The notes beneath the pieces are model-generated. The model was not told the origin of the DNA, did no database searches, and was given only the letters and a program-made list of their open reading frames with translations. Both the position numbers and the translations under genes were made by a program. From Candidatus Micrarchaeia archaeon (lineage in GTDB: Archaea; Micrarchaeota; Micrarchaeia; CAILAH01): a DNA stretch of 64,000 nt. How positions within the stretch are numbered: the stretch's first letter is position 1; every line of letters starts with the position of its first letter. The stretch is from the NCBI GenBank assembly GCA_038874595.1, contig JAVZCB010000001.1, forward strand, positions 64,001 to 128,000. Direction: 5' to 3'. Below are positions 1 to 10,150 of this stretch, piece after piece.

Positions 1-147
1 CATTACAGCAATAAAGAAAAAGCTTACTATGAACTCTGAGATATGGAATATCCGTGCAAGGCGGGATGCATAGGTTATTGCATACTCTGCGCTTTTAATT
101 AATACAAGTATTGATACGAGAAGCAGAGTAAGGCTTACCAGCACCAT
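1..147 (-). CDS. Na+/Ca2+ (cation:Ca2+) exchanger family protein, N-terminal part (runs off window start)
   Basis: Not in ORF track. Translates MVLVSLTLLLVSILVLIKSAEYAITYASRLARIFHISEFIVSFFFIAVM, matching the YrbG-type N-terminus that precedes the alpha-1 repeat. Confidence 0.7.
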   Translation of the reverse strand, partial: MVLVSLTLLLVSILVLIKSAEYAITYASRLARIFHISEFIVSFFFIAVM

Positions 148-212
148 ATGCCATTATTACAGATAATCATTTATAAAATGTGCCTCTTTGATGAGATATA
201 TTTCTGTTAGTA

Positions 213-1727
213 TTACAGGAATGCCTCCACATCCTCTTTTCTCTGGGATTGCCTTTTCTCATACTCTCGTGCCAGCGATTCAAGGTCGATGCCATTTGCC
301 TGGAACTCATACTTTCTTTTTCGTACTCTCACAAATATAGGTTGTACAACCGCTTCACCAACGACGAGCGCCTCACCGGTTTTCAGTGTTGTGATGCTAC
401 TGAGCATATAATTATCAATGCCCTCACAGCTTTCACCTATATGCTTGATATCGTAGGGGTTGGTCACACGAAGTATGATGTGTGTGTTGCACTGTGACAG
501 TGCAGTTGTGCTAAGCCTTACAGGGCGCTGTGTTATCAGGCAGAGCGATGCGCCGAACTTCCTGCCTTCGCGTGCAATCCGTTCTATCTCATGTTTTGAT
601 AACATTTCCTCGCGTTTTACGCCTTCAGCTGCAAAGTTGTGCGCCTCTTCCACAACAAGCAAAAAAGGAGGTATCTTCCCTTTTTTGATAGCATTGAATA
701 ATCTGCGTGCAAAGTATGCCACAATTAGCTGTTTTTTCTTTTCACTATCTATTTCCTTGAAAGAGATTATGCTTATGTGCCCGGGCTTTACAAGAGTGGT
801 CACCGTTGGGTCATCAACCTTTCCGAAAAGCTTCATCTTATGCAGGGAATCAAGATGGTCAAGAAGCGCGTCTCGTGTAGATATAGCTTTCTTATCATCA
901 ATCCCGGAGATGTCTATCATCAAGTCCTTGATTGTGAAGAACTTATGCTCAAGCATGGCTTTGCGCTTATGCTCATAAAATGTTGTGTTGAGCATTCTCT
1001 TTTGCGGCCCGCTCAGCTGGTGGAAGAAGGGAAACATCTCAGGCTGAGCATTTTTCGTGCTTATCCGTATTTTTGATGCATCGTAGATAGTGATACGGTC
1101 AGAAAACGCTGCACCCTTCATATTAGCATACTCACCGTGCATATCAAGAACTACAACACCTATCCGCCCATCCTCCGGCTTTCGCTCGAGCAGCTCCTCA
1201 AGCAGGACACTCATAAGGTATGATTTACCCGCACCAGACATTGCCAGGATTGCTACATGTTTCTGGAACAGCTTTGATAAGCCGAGCCGTACATCAACAT
1301 CGTGATTGAGCAGTTTCCCTATGTTAAGCCCATTTTGCTTAAACCCGAGGTATTTCTCAAGCATGTGCTCATCAACAGTGAGCACTTCCGAGCCGGGTGC
1401 TGGCGGGAATGAGCACCTGTGCAGCAAGTTCCCATCAAAAATCCCAATGATTCTGCACTCCGCAATCGTATAACTCCATTCGCTTACAGGAAAATGTGAT
1501 GACATCATCCCAGCACGCTCATACTCAGCAACGCTTTCAGCACGCTCAAAGTACCTATTTGAGCGGAATATGTCATTTACAACAGCTACAAGCGTTCCAG
1601 CCTCGTGGTGCATCTCAACAAATTGGCCTTTCCTGACGAGCCCAATCGCATCGTCGCTAATCACAAACGCAAATTTTGCAGTGTTCGGCGAGTCTATTAA
1701 TGAGATTACTGTCCCGAGCTTTACCAT
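213..1727 (-). CDS. herA: HerA/FtsK-family ATPase (HAS barrel + DUF87)
   Basis: HVAILAMSGAGKS Walker A, LDMHGEY, VVEEAHNF Walker B, REGRKFG, TQRP motifs. Confidence 0.85.
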   Translation of the reverse strand: MVKLGTVISLIDSPNTAKFAFVISDDAIGLVRKGQFVEMHHEAGTLVAVVNDIFRSNRYFERAESVAEYERAGMMSSHFPVSEWSYTIAECRIIGIFDGNLLHRCSFPPAPGSEVLTVDEHMLEKYLGFKQNGLNIGKLLNHDVDVRLGLSKLFQKHVAILAMSGAGKSYLMSVLLEELLERKPEDGRIGVVVLDMHGEYANMKGAAFSDRITIYDASKIRISTKNAQPEMFPFFHQLSGPQKRMLNTTFYEHKRKAMLEHKFFTIKDLMIDISGIDDKKAISTRDALLDHLDSLHKMKLFGKVDDPTVTTLVKPGHISIISFKEIDSEKKKQLIVAYFARRLFNAIKKGKIPPFLLVVEEAHNFAAEGVKREEMLSKHEIERIAREGRKFGASLCLITQRPVRLSTTALSQCNTHIILRVTNPYDIKHIGESCEGIDNYMLSSITTLKTGEALVVGEAVVQPIFVRVRKRKYEFQANGIDLESLAREYEKRQSQRKEDVEAFL

Positions 1728-1803
1728 ACTACTAAATATGCCTATGATGTATTAAAAGCAAACGCCAGCAGTTTTCCTGTTATTTTTTGGAGAACAAGAA
1801 ACA

Positions 1804-1947
1804 CGGGCCCGATGGGAAATTCAGCATTACAGAATTTTTTCTGTTTCGGTAGTGCATTTGAACCCATACTCCAGGGTAACCTCTGTTCTCCACGTTTGGA
1901 GCGGGCATTCGAAGCCCTGTAGGCTATCCAGGCTACCTCACGGGCCC
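1804..1947 (-). tRNA. tRNA-Arg(UCG) with two introns (31 nt at 37/38, 1878..1908; 39 nt at 59/60, 1818..1856)
   Basis: Acceptor stem GGGCCCG/CGGGCCC, anticodon stem CAGGG/CCCTG with CU-UCG-AA loop after splicing, T arm ATGGG-TTCAAAT-CCCAT after splicing; both introns sit in bulge-helix-bulge motifs; no encoded CCA. Confidence 0.92.
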
Positions 1948-2160
1948 GAGCATCTTATCCCAAGGCAATAATATAAATTAAATGCTTTACGGGATAGCTT
2001 GCTTTTTTGCAGCTGCATACGCCTGGAAGTAGTTTGATGCTTTTCCACGTGCATAAACCAATATAAAGTTATCCGGGCTGAATATCTGTGGATGTGGGCG
2101 TGCATCTCTTTAGAGAGGTGCCTGCTTTATTAAGCAGATGCCTGAACTTAAGGTGATATA

Positions 2161-2682
2161 ATGGGTTACTACAAATACCTAACGGAGACTTTTGTAAAGG
2201 AATGGAAAGAGAAATCCCCTGAGTACAGGGAACGGCTCGTTGCATGGAGAAAAGAGCCGCCGATTGTGCGTGTTGAGCGGCCGCTGAACATTTCACGTGC
2301 GCGTATTCTTGGCTATAAGGCAAAGAAGGGGTTTGTTGTTGTCCGTGTCAGGATTGCAAAGGGCAACAGGAAGATTTCACGGCCGGTGAGGGGCAGGAAA
2401 CCATCCCGTTCCGGGAGGTTCTTCTCTGCACAATTATCTGACCAGGCAATAGCCGAGCAGAGGGCAAACCGCAAGTACAGGAACCTTGAAGTGCTTAATT
2501 CATACTGGGTTGGTGATGATGGCACAAGCAAGTATTATGAAGTAATTCTTGTCGACCCGGCAAGGAAAGAGGTTGAGGTGCTTGCCAAGAACCGTAATGG
2601 GCGCGCGTTCAGGGGCTTAACAAGCGCAGGCAGAAAAGCGCGCGGGCTCAGGTTCAAGGGAAAAAGAAGGCCTAAACAATGA
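2161..2682 (+). CDS. rpl15e: 50S ribosomal protein L15e
   Basis: ARILGYKAKKG, LEVLNSYWVG, GRAFRGLTSAG signatures. Confidence 0.97.
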   Translation: MGYYKYLTETFVKEWKEKSPEYRERLVAWRKEPPIVRVERPLNISRARILGYKAKKGFVVVRVRIAKGNRKISRPVRGRKPSRSGRFFSAQLSDQAIAEQRANRKYRNLEVLNSYWVGDDGTSKYYEVILVDPARKEVEVLAKNRNGRAFRGLTSAGRKARGLRFKGKRRPKQ

Positions 2683-3182
2683 GCCGGTACTTTGACCTTC
2701 ACGTGCGGTTTGACTGGAAGAATTTTTCATCTGAGGGCTACTGTAAGGTATTTTGCCCAAACATAATTGCTGGCGGCAACAGGTACGACCCTGCGCGCAT
2801 CAACATTGCAGTTGTTTCAGACTCTGGCAGGCCACTTCCGCCCAAATATGACCTTGTGAGTTTCAAGGGGTTTGCAGTAAACGTTGACCATCTTGCATTA
2901 GTGCGTGAGAAAAAGCGGGCCGTGGAAGTTTGCATTGCAGAGGTTAAGCAGGCACTTCTTAGTGGCCGCATACACCAGGCAAGGTTTTTCTGTGATGCGC
3001 TGCGCTCGTACAAGGTCCCGTTTGTGTTCACATCAGGTGCATCAACCGTTTATGAAGCCAAATCACCAAAAGAGATGGCTTTTATAGGTGAGTTGCTTGG
3101 TTTTACTCAACGTGAGGTGCTTCTTTCAATCAGCGATACCGCAGTGGAGATTTTGAATGAGAAGGGATATGACTATGCATAG
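2679..3182 (+). CDS. rnp3: RNase P protein Rpp30 (shortened PHP-like)
   Basis: YFDLHV N-terminus, YKVPFVFTSGA...KSPKEM...LLGF C-terminal motif; conserved position after rpl15e. Confidence 0.7.
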   Translation: MSRYFDLHVRFDWKNFSSEGYCKVFCPNIIAGGNRYDPARINIAVVSDSGRPLPPKYDLVSFKGFAVNVDHLALVREKKRAVEVCIAEVKQALLSGRIHQARFFCDALRSYKVPFVFTSGASTVYEAKSPKEMAFIGELLGFTQREVLLSISDTAVEILNEKGYDYA

Positions 3183-3209
3183 CTTGCGCAGGCCCAGAGG
3201 TGTTATGCG

Positions 3210-3515
3210 ATGGGTGTAAAAAAGAGCTTGAGGACAGCGTTCCGTTATATCCGGTTCGTGTTTGTTTCTGCAACACCTGTTGCTGCAAAAGATATGGAGG
3301 AGCATTTAAGGCAACACCTGCATAAAATGCTAGGCCTGCTCAACTCGCCAAAGATAAAGCTGTTTTCAACAGGCAAGGAAAACGAGTATGTGCTGCGCTG
3401 CGATTCTGCATCCTTTGCTAAGGTCCGGCAGGCACTTTTGTTTTTTTATGGCAAGGATTACAGGATAAAACTTCTCAAAAGCTCCGGCACAATAAAATCT
3501 CTTGGCGCTGGGTAA
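3210..3515 (+). CDS. rnp2: RNase P protein Pop5/Rpp14 family
   Basis: LR...RYI.F N-terminus, VLRC, C-terminal SSGTIKSL motif; context. Confidence 0.75.
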   Translation: MGVKKSLRTAFRYIRFVFVSATPVAAKDMEEHLRQHLHKMLGLLNSPKIKLFSTGKENEYVLRCDSASFAKVRQALLFFYGKDYRIKLLKSSGTIKSLGAG

Positions 3516-3524
3516 TGCCAAAAC

Positions 3525-4685
3525 CTATTTTTGCTTTTTGAGTGCGCGGTCTATTTTTTCAAATATTTCTTCGGCACCAATGCCGCGGAGCACTGCTTCC
3601 TGGACACCTATCCTTATACCACTCGGGGCAATGACGCTCGTATCCCATGGCAGTGAGTTTTTGTTCACTATAATGTTATTTTTCTCTAGCTTGTCAGCAA
3701 CGGCGGCACCGCCCCCAATCGCTGATACGTCCACGACGACTTGGTGTGTATAAGTGTATTCCTTACCGTCATAACCGCACACGTTATAGCCCGATTCGGC
3801 CATCATTTTTGCGAGCTTTTGTGCGGTCCCGATTACCCTCTTCCCGTAATCCCTATGTGCAGTATCATACGCAATTGCAGTGGCAAGCAGCGCAGGTATC
3901 CTGTGCAGGTGGTGGTTACTCAGTATGCCTGGGAACAATGCCGTATCTATCCCCTTTTCAAACTGCATCTCCTCTTTTATCAGGATTATGCCGCCCTGCG
4001 GTCCAGGAAATGTTTTGTGTGTTGATGCAGTTATTATATCCGCACCATCACTGAAAGGCGCCTGGAATTCCCCTCCATAAATCAGCCCGAACACGTGTGC
4101 AGCATCGTATACGATCACAAGCTCTGGGAACTCGTTACGTATTTCACGCACCGGTTCCGGGTGCAGGAACATGCTCTTTCCAAGGACAATAAAATCCGGG
4201 TTTGTGTCGCGTATTATTCGTATTGACCTGTCCACATCCGTTTTGAATGGGTTATCCTCATCAACCACAAAATTGTGCACTTCCTTCTTGCAGATTTTGC
4301 TTATTGTTCCCATCCTGTTGTGTGTGATATGCCCACCTGATGGGAGCGAGTTGCTCACTATTTTACCTGTAATGTGCGGGAGCCCGCTGAACACTGCCAG
4401 GTTTGCGATCGCACCACTTATCGGCCGCACGTCCGCATAATGGCATTTAAAATGCTCCCTAAAATGCTGCTCGCACGCAGATTCAAGCTCGTCAATGAAC
4501 TTCGTCCCATTGTAATATCTTTGGTATGGCTTGCCCTCAGCATACCTATGCATGAAATCATTACAGTAAAATTCACGTGGCACTTCAGGAAACATAATAT
4601 TCTCGGAAGCAATCAAGTTTAGTGTTGAATTCCGCCACGTTTCATTCTCATCCACAACCCTGCGGATATCCTCAATGCTCTTCAT
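3525..4685 (-). CDS. glyA: Serine hydroxymethyltransferase
   Basis: LNLIASEN, RYAEG.P..RYY.G, YDAAHVFGLI, STHKTFPGPQGG (PLP lysine), SGIRIG; start taken at MKSIED. Confidence 0.95.
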   Translation of the reverse strand: MKSIEDIRRVVDENETWRNSTLNLIASENIMFPEVPREFYCNDFMHRYAEGKPYQRYYNGTKFIDELESACEQHFREHFKCHYADVRPISGAIANLAVFSGLPHITGKIVSNSLPSGGHITHNRMGTISKICKKEVHNFVVDEDNPFKTDVDRSIRIIRDTNPDFIVLGKSMFLHPEPVREIRNEFPELVIVYDAAHVFGLIYGGEFQAPFSDGADIITASTHKTFPGPQGGIILIKEEMQFEKGIDTALFPGILSNHHLHRIPALLATAIAYDTAHRDYGKRVIGTAQKLAKMMAESGYNVCGYDGKEYTYTHQVVVDVSAIGGGAAVADKLEKNNIIVNKNSLPWDTSVIAPSGIRIGVQEAVLRGIGAEEIFEKIDRALKKQK

Positions 4686-4716
4686 ACTCGTGCACCCGTA
4701 TAATTTTTGGCAGCAC

Positions 4717-6162
4717 TTAGCCACGCCTCCACAGGCTTACGCCACCAACATCCTCCACAATTATTTTTGCGTCTGCAAGCGCGCTGCGTATCTTATCAGC
4801 ATCAGCATATCTTTTTTCTTTTCTTAAAGACTCCCTAATTGCAAGCAGTTTTTCAACAGCTACAAACAGCCCATCCCCCATCGGGATTCCGTGTTCCATG
4901 CAGATACGTTCAAGCCGCATTTCGTATTCCTTGTCACCTTTTAGTGCAACCGGAATGCCAAGTATATCAAGAAGCCCGATCAGCTCATCAACAGCTTTCC
5001 TGAGGCTCTCAGGGTAAACATCTTTGTTGCTTATGCTCTTATTGATTATTTTTATTATCTCATTGATTGCGACAAGCGCATTTGCGGTATTGAAATCCTG
5101 CCCCATTGCAGCATGGAATACTCTTTTTTGTGTTTCAACCTCATCTTCAATTGACCTGTCAATCCCACTTGACCTTTCAATCGCAACACGCGCAAACTCA
5201 ATAGCATTCATCATTTTCTCGATATGCCTTTTTGTCTCTTCAAGCCCTTCAAACGAAAAATCAATCGGGCTCCTGTAATGCCGTGTAAGCAAGTACCACC
5301 TGATTACTTCAGGCCGATATTTTGCAAGGACTTCCTCAGCGGTAATGAAATTGTTAAGGCTCTTGCTCATCTTTTCCCCGTTTATTGTGAGGAATCCTGT
5401 ATGCATCCAATAGTTTACGAATTTTTGGCCGGTGGCAGCCTCGCTCTGCGCAATCTCATTTTCGTGATGCGGGAAGATAAGGTCCCTCCCGCCCCCATGT
5501 ATATCAATAGTCCCTCCAATGTATTTTGATGATATTGCGGAGCACTCAATATGCCAGCCAGGCCTTCCACGCCCCCACGGCGAATCGAACACTACTTCAT
5601 TCTCCTTGCTTGATTTCCACAGCGCAAAATCCAGGGGGTTGCGCTTTTTCTCACCCGGCTCGACGCGCGCACCGCACATAAGCTCATCAATCTTTTGCTT
5701 TGATAACTTCCCATAATCCTTGAACTTGAGCACTGAGAAGTAAACATCCCCTGATGACTCGTATGCATACCCATTTGCAATTATCTTCTCTATTAAGGAT
5801 ATAATTGCAGGGATATTCTCAGATACTTTCTCAAGCAACGTTGGCCTCTTTATGTTGAGCGCATCCATAATTTCAAGAGCCTGTTTCATGTTCTCCTCAG
5901 TCAGCTTTAATGGGTGTACACCTTTCTCAGCGGCACGCTGAAATACCTTGTCCTCAACATCAGTGATGTTTTGGACGTACAGCACCTCAAACCCCAGGCT
6001 CTCAAAATACCTTCTCACAACATCAAAAAAGATATATGTCCTGAGATGGCCTACGTGCATCTTATCGTAAGGTGTCAGGCCACACACGTACATGCGTACC
6101 TGCCCCTCTTTTACAGGGACAAATTCGCGCTCGCAAGCCTCAAAAGAATCATAGATAATCAT
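4717..6162 (-). CDS. cysS: Cysteinyl-tRNA synthetase
   Basis: YVCGLTPYD, HVGH, GRPGWHIECS, KMSKS. Confidence 0.97.
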   Translation of the reverse strand: MIIYDSFEACEREFVPVKEGQVRMYVCGLTPYDKMHVGHLRTYIFFDVVRRYFESLGFEVLYVQNITDVEDKVFQRAAEKGVHPLKLTEENMKQALEIMDALNIKRPTLLEKVSENIPAIISLIEKIIANGYAYESSGDVYFSVLKFKDYGKLSKQKIDELMCGARVEPGEKKRNPLDFALWKSSKENEVVFDSPWGRGRPGWHIECSAISSKYIGGTIDIHGGGRDLIFPHHENEIAQSEAATGQKFVNYWMHTGFLTINGEKMSKSLNNFITAEEVLAKYRPEVIRWYLLTRHYRSPIDFSFEGLEETKRHIEKMMNAIEFARVAIERSSGIDRSIEDEVETQKRVFHAAMGQDFNTANALVAINEIIKIINKSISNKDVYPESLRKAVDELIGLLDILGIPVALKGDKEYEMRLERICMEHGIPMGDGLFVAVEKLLAIRESLRKEKRYADADKIRSALADAKIIVEDVGGVSLWRRG

Positions 6163-7066
6163 TGCTTCCTTCCCTCTCTTGCTTAGATGCCTTAATTTGG
6201 GAAGGATTCTTTATAATCGTATTTAGCAACGAGAGTATTGATGATATGGTGTACCCAAAAGAAAGCAGTACTGCAACAACACCGCACAGGAGCGCATACA
6301 TGCGCGCGCCCATCTTCTTTGCAATCTCACGCATCTTGCGCATCATAGATTTTCTCTGTTGCAGTGTGCCATCTCTCATATTCATTACTTCCTCAACAGT
6401 TATGCTCTCACCCAACTGGTTCAGCGCCTCAATGATTGAATAAAGGACACCAAGGTCTTTCTCCTCAAGCAGCATCCTCTTCAGCTTTTCCCTGCCGAGC
6501 ATTAATTTCCTTGAGCCAATAGTGCTTGCTATCCTGGACCTCACCGCAGGGTCCTTGCTGTCAAGCAAGTGCACGATTGTGCTTTCATACTTTGCAGGAG
6601 ATTTGATTACAGCCTCAAGTGCAGCCATTCTTTTCTCCATTGCAATATGCTTATCATCAACCGCCTGGACAAGCTCGCCCATTACAAGTTCTTTCCTTTC
6701 AAGAAACGCAAACACGCCAACAAGCTGTGAGCGTGTCCAAGAATCGCTTTTTCTGAACGCCTCTTTCATTATATGTATACCCTCATCACCTATCAGCGGC
6801 ATTACCATAAGTGCCTCCATTTTGAGTGGCTGGTCACTCTTCGAGATGAGAAGCGTCTTAAAAACTTCCTTCCCCTGCCCTTTGCGGAGCAGGTCCATCC
6901 ACATCTCTCCCCTTAAATCACTTGGTGCATTCCTTAGCTCGTTAAGGATATCCCTAACATCAGCTTTCCTTGAGTGCGCCTCCGCACCAAAATCCTTGAG
7001 AGTACTTTGTGCTGTCCTCGAATAACTGGAATTATAGCTGATCCTCTCCTGCATCCTTTGCTCCAC
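6149..7066 (-). CDS. HEAT-repeat protein with C-terminal membrane anchor
   Basis: Helical repeats such as LLDSKDPAVRSRIASTIG; hydrophobic C-terminal segment. Confidence 0.6.
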   Translation of the reverse strand: MEQRMQERISYNSSYSRTAQSTLKDFGAEAHSRKADVRDILNELRNAPSDLRGEMWMDLLRKGQGKEVFKTLLISKSDQPLKMEALMVMPLIGDEGIHIMKEAFRKSDSWTRSQLVGVFAFLERKELVMGELVQAVDDKHIAMEKRMAALEAVIKSPAKYESTIVHLLDSKDPAVRSRIASTIGSRKLMLGREKLKRMLLEEKDLGVLYSIIEALNQLGESITVEEVMNMRDGTLQQRKSMMRKMREIAKKMGARMYALLCGVVAVLLSFGYTISSILSLLNTIIKNPSQIKASKQEREGSNDYL

Positions 7067-7097
7067 TCCACCGGTATATAGCGTTTTTTAAGAAAAT

Positions 7098-8705
7098 TTA
7101 AAAACATTTAAATATGCCAACTTCCAATATTGCAACCGGGTGCTCAAGCCCAAACCTCTCCAGTATCTCAGGGTGTACTTCTCCAATAATCGCACCGTCG
7201 TTTTTAACCTTAACCTTTGCACACCTGCCCTCAATCATGAAAGGCATGCTTATAGGCTCTGCTTCATATCCCATCCCAAACCTGTCAAGCAGGAGCTTGA
7301 ACATCCCGCTTATTGATTCCAGCCCAGCCTCCTCCCCATATATTGCTGCACACAGATGCCAGTCTGTTTTCCCATCAGCGTGTACAACTTCGCCAATCTC
7401 AAACAGCTTAAGAGGGAGTTTGTATTTTTTATTCTGGGCAATGGTCCTGAGCATGCTTGGCATTAGCGATGTCCTTAACATTGTATTATCAGCAGTAAGA
7501 GGGTTTGCAATTTTGACGCACGGCGTATCCAAATCAAGATTTAACTTGCCGTATTCCTCTCGCTCGTTGCTGAGCACAAACGTGTTGATTTCAGAGTATC
7601 CCATACTGAGCATCAACTCTCTGAGCGGCTTGCGCACGCCCTGTGCATCCTTTCCTACAGTGAACAGCTCCGGCTTCTCCGGCTCAAAATTATTATAGCC
7701 GTATGCAATTGCAACATCCTCTGCAATATCACTGTTCCCGAATATATCAACCCTCCACGGCGGGTAGTATGCAACAGTGCGGCCGCGCTCATCAACAACA
7801 TCAATGCCTGTCTTGTGCAGCAGTGCAGCAATCTCACTTTTGCTGAACTTTGACCCTAGGAGGTTATTTACGAAATCACATGAGAATTCAATGGTTTTTC
7901 TTTGCAAGTTTGGGGTGCGCACAGATTCTTTTTCATATCTGATCTCAACATCCTCAATTTTTCCGCCGCGCATGCATAGCGCCATTGCAATTATGCACGC
8001 AGTGTTCTCAACACTCTTCTTATCAGTCCCAGTAATATCAACAAAGATATTGCGCGTCTCACTGCGCACCTTTGTGCGCTCAGAATTCAATATGGGCGGG
8101 AATGACATCACGCCTTTATCATCCGCAACAATTGGGTATTCGCGCTGTATGATGTGCGCAAACTCCCTTCCTTTCTCAGTCCTGAGCAGCACCTCTTTAG
8201 CGCTCATCTCCTCAGACTCAAACAACGGTATAAACTTCTCATTACCAGTGCCAGCATAGTATCTTATCTTTGTGCCAGCAACTGTATCAAGGTCGTGCAT
8301 CCCGATTGCAATTTTCTTCCGCTTTCTTCCGAACGTATCATGAATTTTCTCCTGGAACTGCATAATCCCCTCAACGGCGGCATCACTCATCTGGACATCT
8401 TTAGCAACAATGGCCGCAATGTACGGCCTGCTCGCAACCTTCCCCACCTCAACCACAAATTTTGAGTGAGGTATTTTTTCAGGGATTTTAGGGCGCTTGC
8501 CAGTAAAACACAGCAGTGAGTATGCAATCCCCTCAACAGCCAGGTAATCAGGCCTGTTTGGTGTCACTTCAATCAGCAGTGTGTCCCCCTCCCTGCCGTC
8601 AAGAGGCGCACCAATGCTGTCCAGCAGCGATGGGATTTCCTCCTCGCTGATTTCTTTATTGCACAATTCCATAAGGTCATTAACATTTGCCCTGAGCACT
8701 GCCAT
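7098..8705 (-). CDS. pheT: Phenylalanyl-tRNA synthetase beta subunit
   Basis: EVTPNRPDYL, AIGMHDLD, DIAEDVAIAYGYN, GEVHPEIL. Confidence 0.96.
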   Translation of the reverse strand: MAVLRANVNDLMELCNKEISEEEIPSLLDSIGAPLDGREGDTLLIEVTPNRPDYLAVEGIAYSLLCFTGKRPKIPEKIPHSKFVVEVGKVASRPYIAAIVAKDVQMSDAAVEGIMQFQEKIHDTFGRKRKKIAIGMHDLDTVAGTKIRYYAGTGNEKFIPLFESEEMSAKEVLLRTEKGREFAHIIQREYPIVADDKGVMSFPPILNSERTKVRSETRNIFVDITGTDKKSVENTACIIAMALCMRGGKIEDVEIRYEKESVRTPNLQRKTIEFSCDFVNNLLGSKFSKSEIAALLHKTGIDVVDERGRTVAYYPPWRVDIFGNSDIAEDVAIAYGYNNFEPEKPELFTVGKDAQGVRKPLRELMLSMGYSEINTFVLSNEREEYGKLNLDLDTPCVKIANPLTADNTMLRTSLMPSMLRTIAQNKKYKLPLKLFEIGEVVHADGKTDWHLCAAIYGEEAGLESISGMFKLLLDRFGMGYEAEPISMPFMIEGRCAKVKVKNDGAIIGEVHPEILERFGLEHPVAILEVGIFKCF

Positions 8706-8713
8706 AACATCAC

Positions 8714-10150
8714 CTACTCAAACAGCCACCTGAGTTTCCCTTCCTTGTACTTCTCAAGCTCGCGCAAGTCGTTCCTGTAGAACGCTCTGATATCCTCAAT
8801 ACCAAGCATTATCATGAGCGGCCTCTCAAGGCTGAGCCCCCACGCAAGTACGGGGTAATGGCCGAACAATGGATAGCACACCTCCTCTCTGAATATTCCG
8901 GCACCACCGAGCTCAACCCATATCTTCTTCTCTTTGAAATATGCGTGTATTTCAAGGCTCGGCTCGGTGTATGGGAAATAACTGGGCTTGAATATGACCT
9001 TCTCAAATCCAAGCTTTCGGTAGAACTCCCCAAGAACCCATAGGAGGTTCCTGAAATTTGCCTTATCCCACGCAATTATACCCTCAACTTGGTGAAACTC
9101 TGCAAGGTGCTTGTAATCTATCGCTTCATTCCTGAATATCCTGCCGATTGCAAAGAATTTCCCCTGTGGTATTTCAAGCTCGCTGAGCTTCCTCGATGAA
9201 ACCGCAGTTGTGTGTGTTCTTAAGATTGCTTTCTCTGCCTCATCAAGGCTCCAGTGGCCACCCCATTTTTCAAGATGCACCTGCTTCACTTTGTTTATTG
9301 GCGCATTTTTCTCCAGCTTGATTTTGGCAGGGCCTTTCAAGTAGAACGTATCCGCAAGCTCGCGTGCAGGATGGTCCTGTGGCTGGAATAATGCATCAAA
9401 GTTCCAGAACGCACTCTCCACAAGGCCGCCTTCCATCTCCTCAAACCCCATCTCAGTAAAAATCTCACTCACGCGTTTCCTGAACTTGCGCAGGATATTC
9501 TCCCGGCCGTAACCTGGCATTTCACCAGGTGCTGCAACGTTATACGTTTTGAATGCCTTCCCTTTCCACCTGCCACTAATAATATCTTCGTGTGTCAGCT
9601 TATCTATCATGTCCACCTGCTTGGTTTCCTTCTCGGCATCGAGCAGTTTCCTGCCTGTGTGTGTAATCCTCACAATAACATCCTTAACTCGCTTTTGTAC
9701 CAGCAAGCCCCTTCTGATAAGCTCTTCATCACTCTCTTTTCCCTTAAGCTTGCTGCGCAGCGGATATCCCTTTTCAAGCATCTCACTGCCTTTATCAGTA
9801 ATCTTCGCTTTCCCTTCGCTTATGCTCACAAAGCCTTTCTTAATCGCCCAGCTGAGCCCTATCCGTCTTTCCATATCTGTGAGTGTATCGAGGCTGCATC
9901 CGCCTTTCTGTGCAGCTTTCCTGGCAACATTTTCCTCTGGCAATCCATTTTCAGCACAGGCCTTTCCCTCCTCGCTCAGCTCATACTCAACTGACTCTAT
10001 AGTTTTTGATTCTATTGCACCAATCTCTTTAAGCGATTCTATTGCACTGAATATTCCTGAGATGTCAAGCCCCTTCTTTTGTGCAATCTCTGACGCTGCT
10101 GCATCTTTTGCAGCTGCCGCCTCTAAAACAGCCCTTTCATAATTATTCAT
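8714..10150 (-). CDS. pheS: Phenylalanyl-tRNA synthetase alpha subunit (archaeal type)
   Basis: FWNFDALFQPQDHPAR, LRTHTT, EFHQVEG, YFPYTEPS, AWGLSLER. Confidence 0.97.
   Translation of the reverse strand: MNNYERAVLEAAAAKDAAASEIAQKKGLDISGIFSAIESLKEIGAIESKTIESVEYELSEEGKACAENGLPEENVARKAAQKGGCSLDTLTDMERRIGLSWAIKKGFVSISEGKAKITDKGSEMLEKGYPLRSKLKGKESDEELIRRGLLVQKRVKDVIVRITHTGRKLLDAEKETKQVDMIDKLTHEDIISGRWKGKAFKTYNVAAPGEMPGYGRENILRKFRKRVSEIFTEMGFEEMEGGLVESAFWNFDALFQPQDHPARELADTFYLKGPAKIKLEKNAPINKVKQVHLEKWGGHWSLDEAEKAILRTHTTAVSSRKLSELEIPQGKFFAIGRIFRNEAIDYKHLAEFHQVEGIIAWDKANFRNLLWVLGEFYRKLGFEKVIFKPSYFPYTEPSLEIHAYFKEKKIWVELGGAGIFREEVCYPLFGHYPVLAWGLSLERPLMIMLGIEDIRAFYRNDLRELEKYKEGKLRWLFE

Noticed and set aside
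213-1727. HerA as part of a HerA-based defence system
   Set aside because: No Sir2, DUF4297 or nuclease partner is adjacent; host-like composition and the HAS barrel fit the housekeeping family.
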